From: Escherichia coli
GTDB lineage: Bacteria > Pseudomonadota > Gammaproteobacteria > Enterobacterales > Enterobacteriaceae
DNA: 246 bases
Reading direction: 5' to 3' (one strand)
Assembly: GCF_003334385.1 (NCBI RefSeq)
Contig: NZ_QOWN01000222.1
Shown here: piece by piece, positions 1-246 of the stretch
Numbering within the stretch: position 1 is the first letter of the stretch
Layout: each line of letters begins with the position of its first letter
The notes under the pieces: model-generated
The model's input: the letters and a program-made list of their open reading frames with translations, nothing else
Told to the model about the DNA's origin: nothing
Databases searched by the model: none
Program-made: the position numbers and the translations under genes

Positions 1-29
1 ATACATGATCAAATACTCCTTACATAAAT

Positions 30-36
30 AAGGTGA
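30..36 (+). promoter_or_regulatory. Shine-Dalgarno-like ribosome binding site (AAGGTGA) for the transposase start codon
   Basis: Seen in sequence: purine-rich AAGGTGA at 30-36, about 4-5 nt upstream of the ATG at 41. The same frame is closed upstream by TAA at 29-31, so ATG 41 is the first start codon in that frame after a stop. Confidence 0.55.
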
Positions 37-40
37 ACAA

Positions 41-246
41 ATGGAACTTAAAAAATTGATGGAACATATTTCTATTATTCCCGATTACAGATAAGCCTGG
101 AAAGTAGAGCATAAATTGTCAGGCATCCTACTATTGACTATTTTTGCCGTTATTTCTGGTGCAGAAAGTTGGGAAGATATAGAGGATTTTGGGGAAACAC
201 ATCCCGATTTTTTGAAGCAATATGGTGATTTTGAAAATGGTATTCC
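41..246 (+). pseudogene. ISAs1-family transposase (H-repeat-associated protein), N-terminal region, interrupted by an in-frame TAA at 92-94; the frame continues past the 3' window edge
   Basis: Manual translation from ATG 41 gives MELKKLMEHISIIPDYR, then a stop, then [50 protein letters not shown] in the same frame. From memory this matches the conserved N-terminus of enterobacterial ISAs1-family transposases (for example the E. coli YhhI/YbfD/YdcC H-rpt proteins), which have Gln where this sequence has the stop. The only stops in this frame in the window are at 29-31 and 92-94. No alignment was run; the identification is recalled. Confidence 0.7.

Larger units (their letters stand above)
1..246 (+). 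mobile_element. Partial ISAs1-family insertion sequence (H-repeat-like element), 5' portion; element boundaries not determinable within this window
   Basis: The window contains the start of an ISAs1-type transposase gene and its short AT-rich leader. In known family members the left terminal inverted repeat lies a few tens of bp upstream of the start codon, but it cannot be defined here without the right end or a flanking direct repeat. Confidence 0.5.

Noticed and set aside
21-30. TACATAAATA, a possible -10-like element upstream of the start codon
   Set aside because: At best 4/6 matches to TATAAT, no identifiable -35 within the window, and it overlaps or abuts the ribosome binding site, leaving almost no 5' UTR. 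Not supportable from sequence alone.
92-94. Programmed stop-codon readthrough or recoding at the TAA
   Set aside because: Known IS recoding is -1 frameshifting at slippery heptamers (IS1 and IS3 families), not UAA readthrough. There is no slippery site or obvious stimulatory structure here, and TAA is the least leaky stop. A nonsense mutation or sequencing error is far more parsimonious.
134-139. TTGACT hexamer resembling a sigma70 -35 box
   Set aside because: It lies inside the transposase reading frame and has no convincing -10 hexamer at 16-19 bp spacing downstream. It is most likely a chance match in AT-rich coding sequence.
88-246. Reverse-strand reading frame that is open from the window edge to position 88 (its only stop in the window is the complement of + strand 85-87)
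   Set aside because: The + strand frame has a specific, recognisable match to a known protein family and an RBS and start codon. The antisense frame has no start context I can support, and open antisense frames are common opposite real genes. Treated as spurious.
1-246. A novel or previously undescribed biological system in this window
   Set aside because: The entire window is explained by the 5' end of a known IS family transposase gene and its leader. There is no additional ORF, repeat array or RNA-like structure I can support in 246 bp.

Overview
This 246-bp, AT-rich window (about 34% GC by hand count) is the 5' end of an ISAs1-family insertion sequence transposase gene, the type known in Enterobacteriaceae as the Rhs-associated H-repeat (H-rpt) protein. 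A Shine-Dalgarno-like AAGGTGA at 30-36 precedes an ATG at 41, and that frame translates to [67 protein letters not shown], which I recognise from memory as the conserved N-terminus of these transposases. The frame is interrupted by an in-frame TAA at 92-94 (codon 18) and then stays open, still homologous, to the window edge, so the best call is a nonsense-disrupted transposase pseudogene, or a sequencing error at one base. I see no support in this window for a novel biological system; the interesting points are the premature stop, the signs of a decaying IS copy, and the likely Rhs/accessory-island context outside the window. All calls rest on manual translation and recalled family knowledge; no database search was run.
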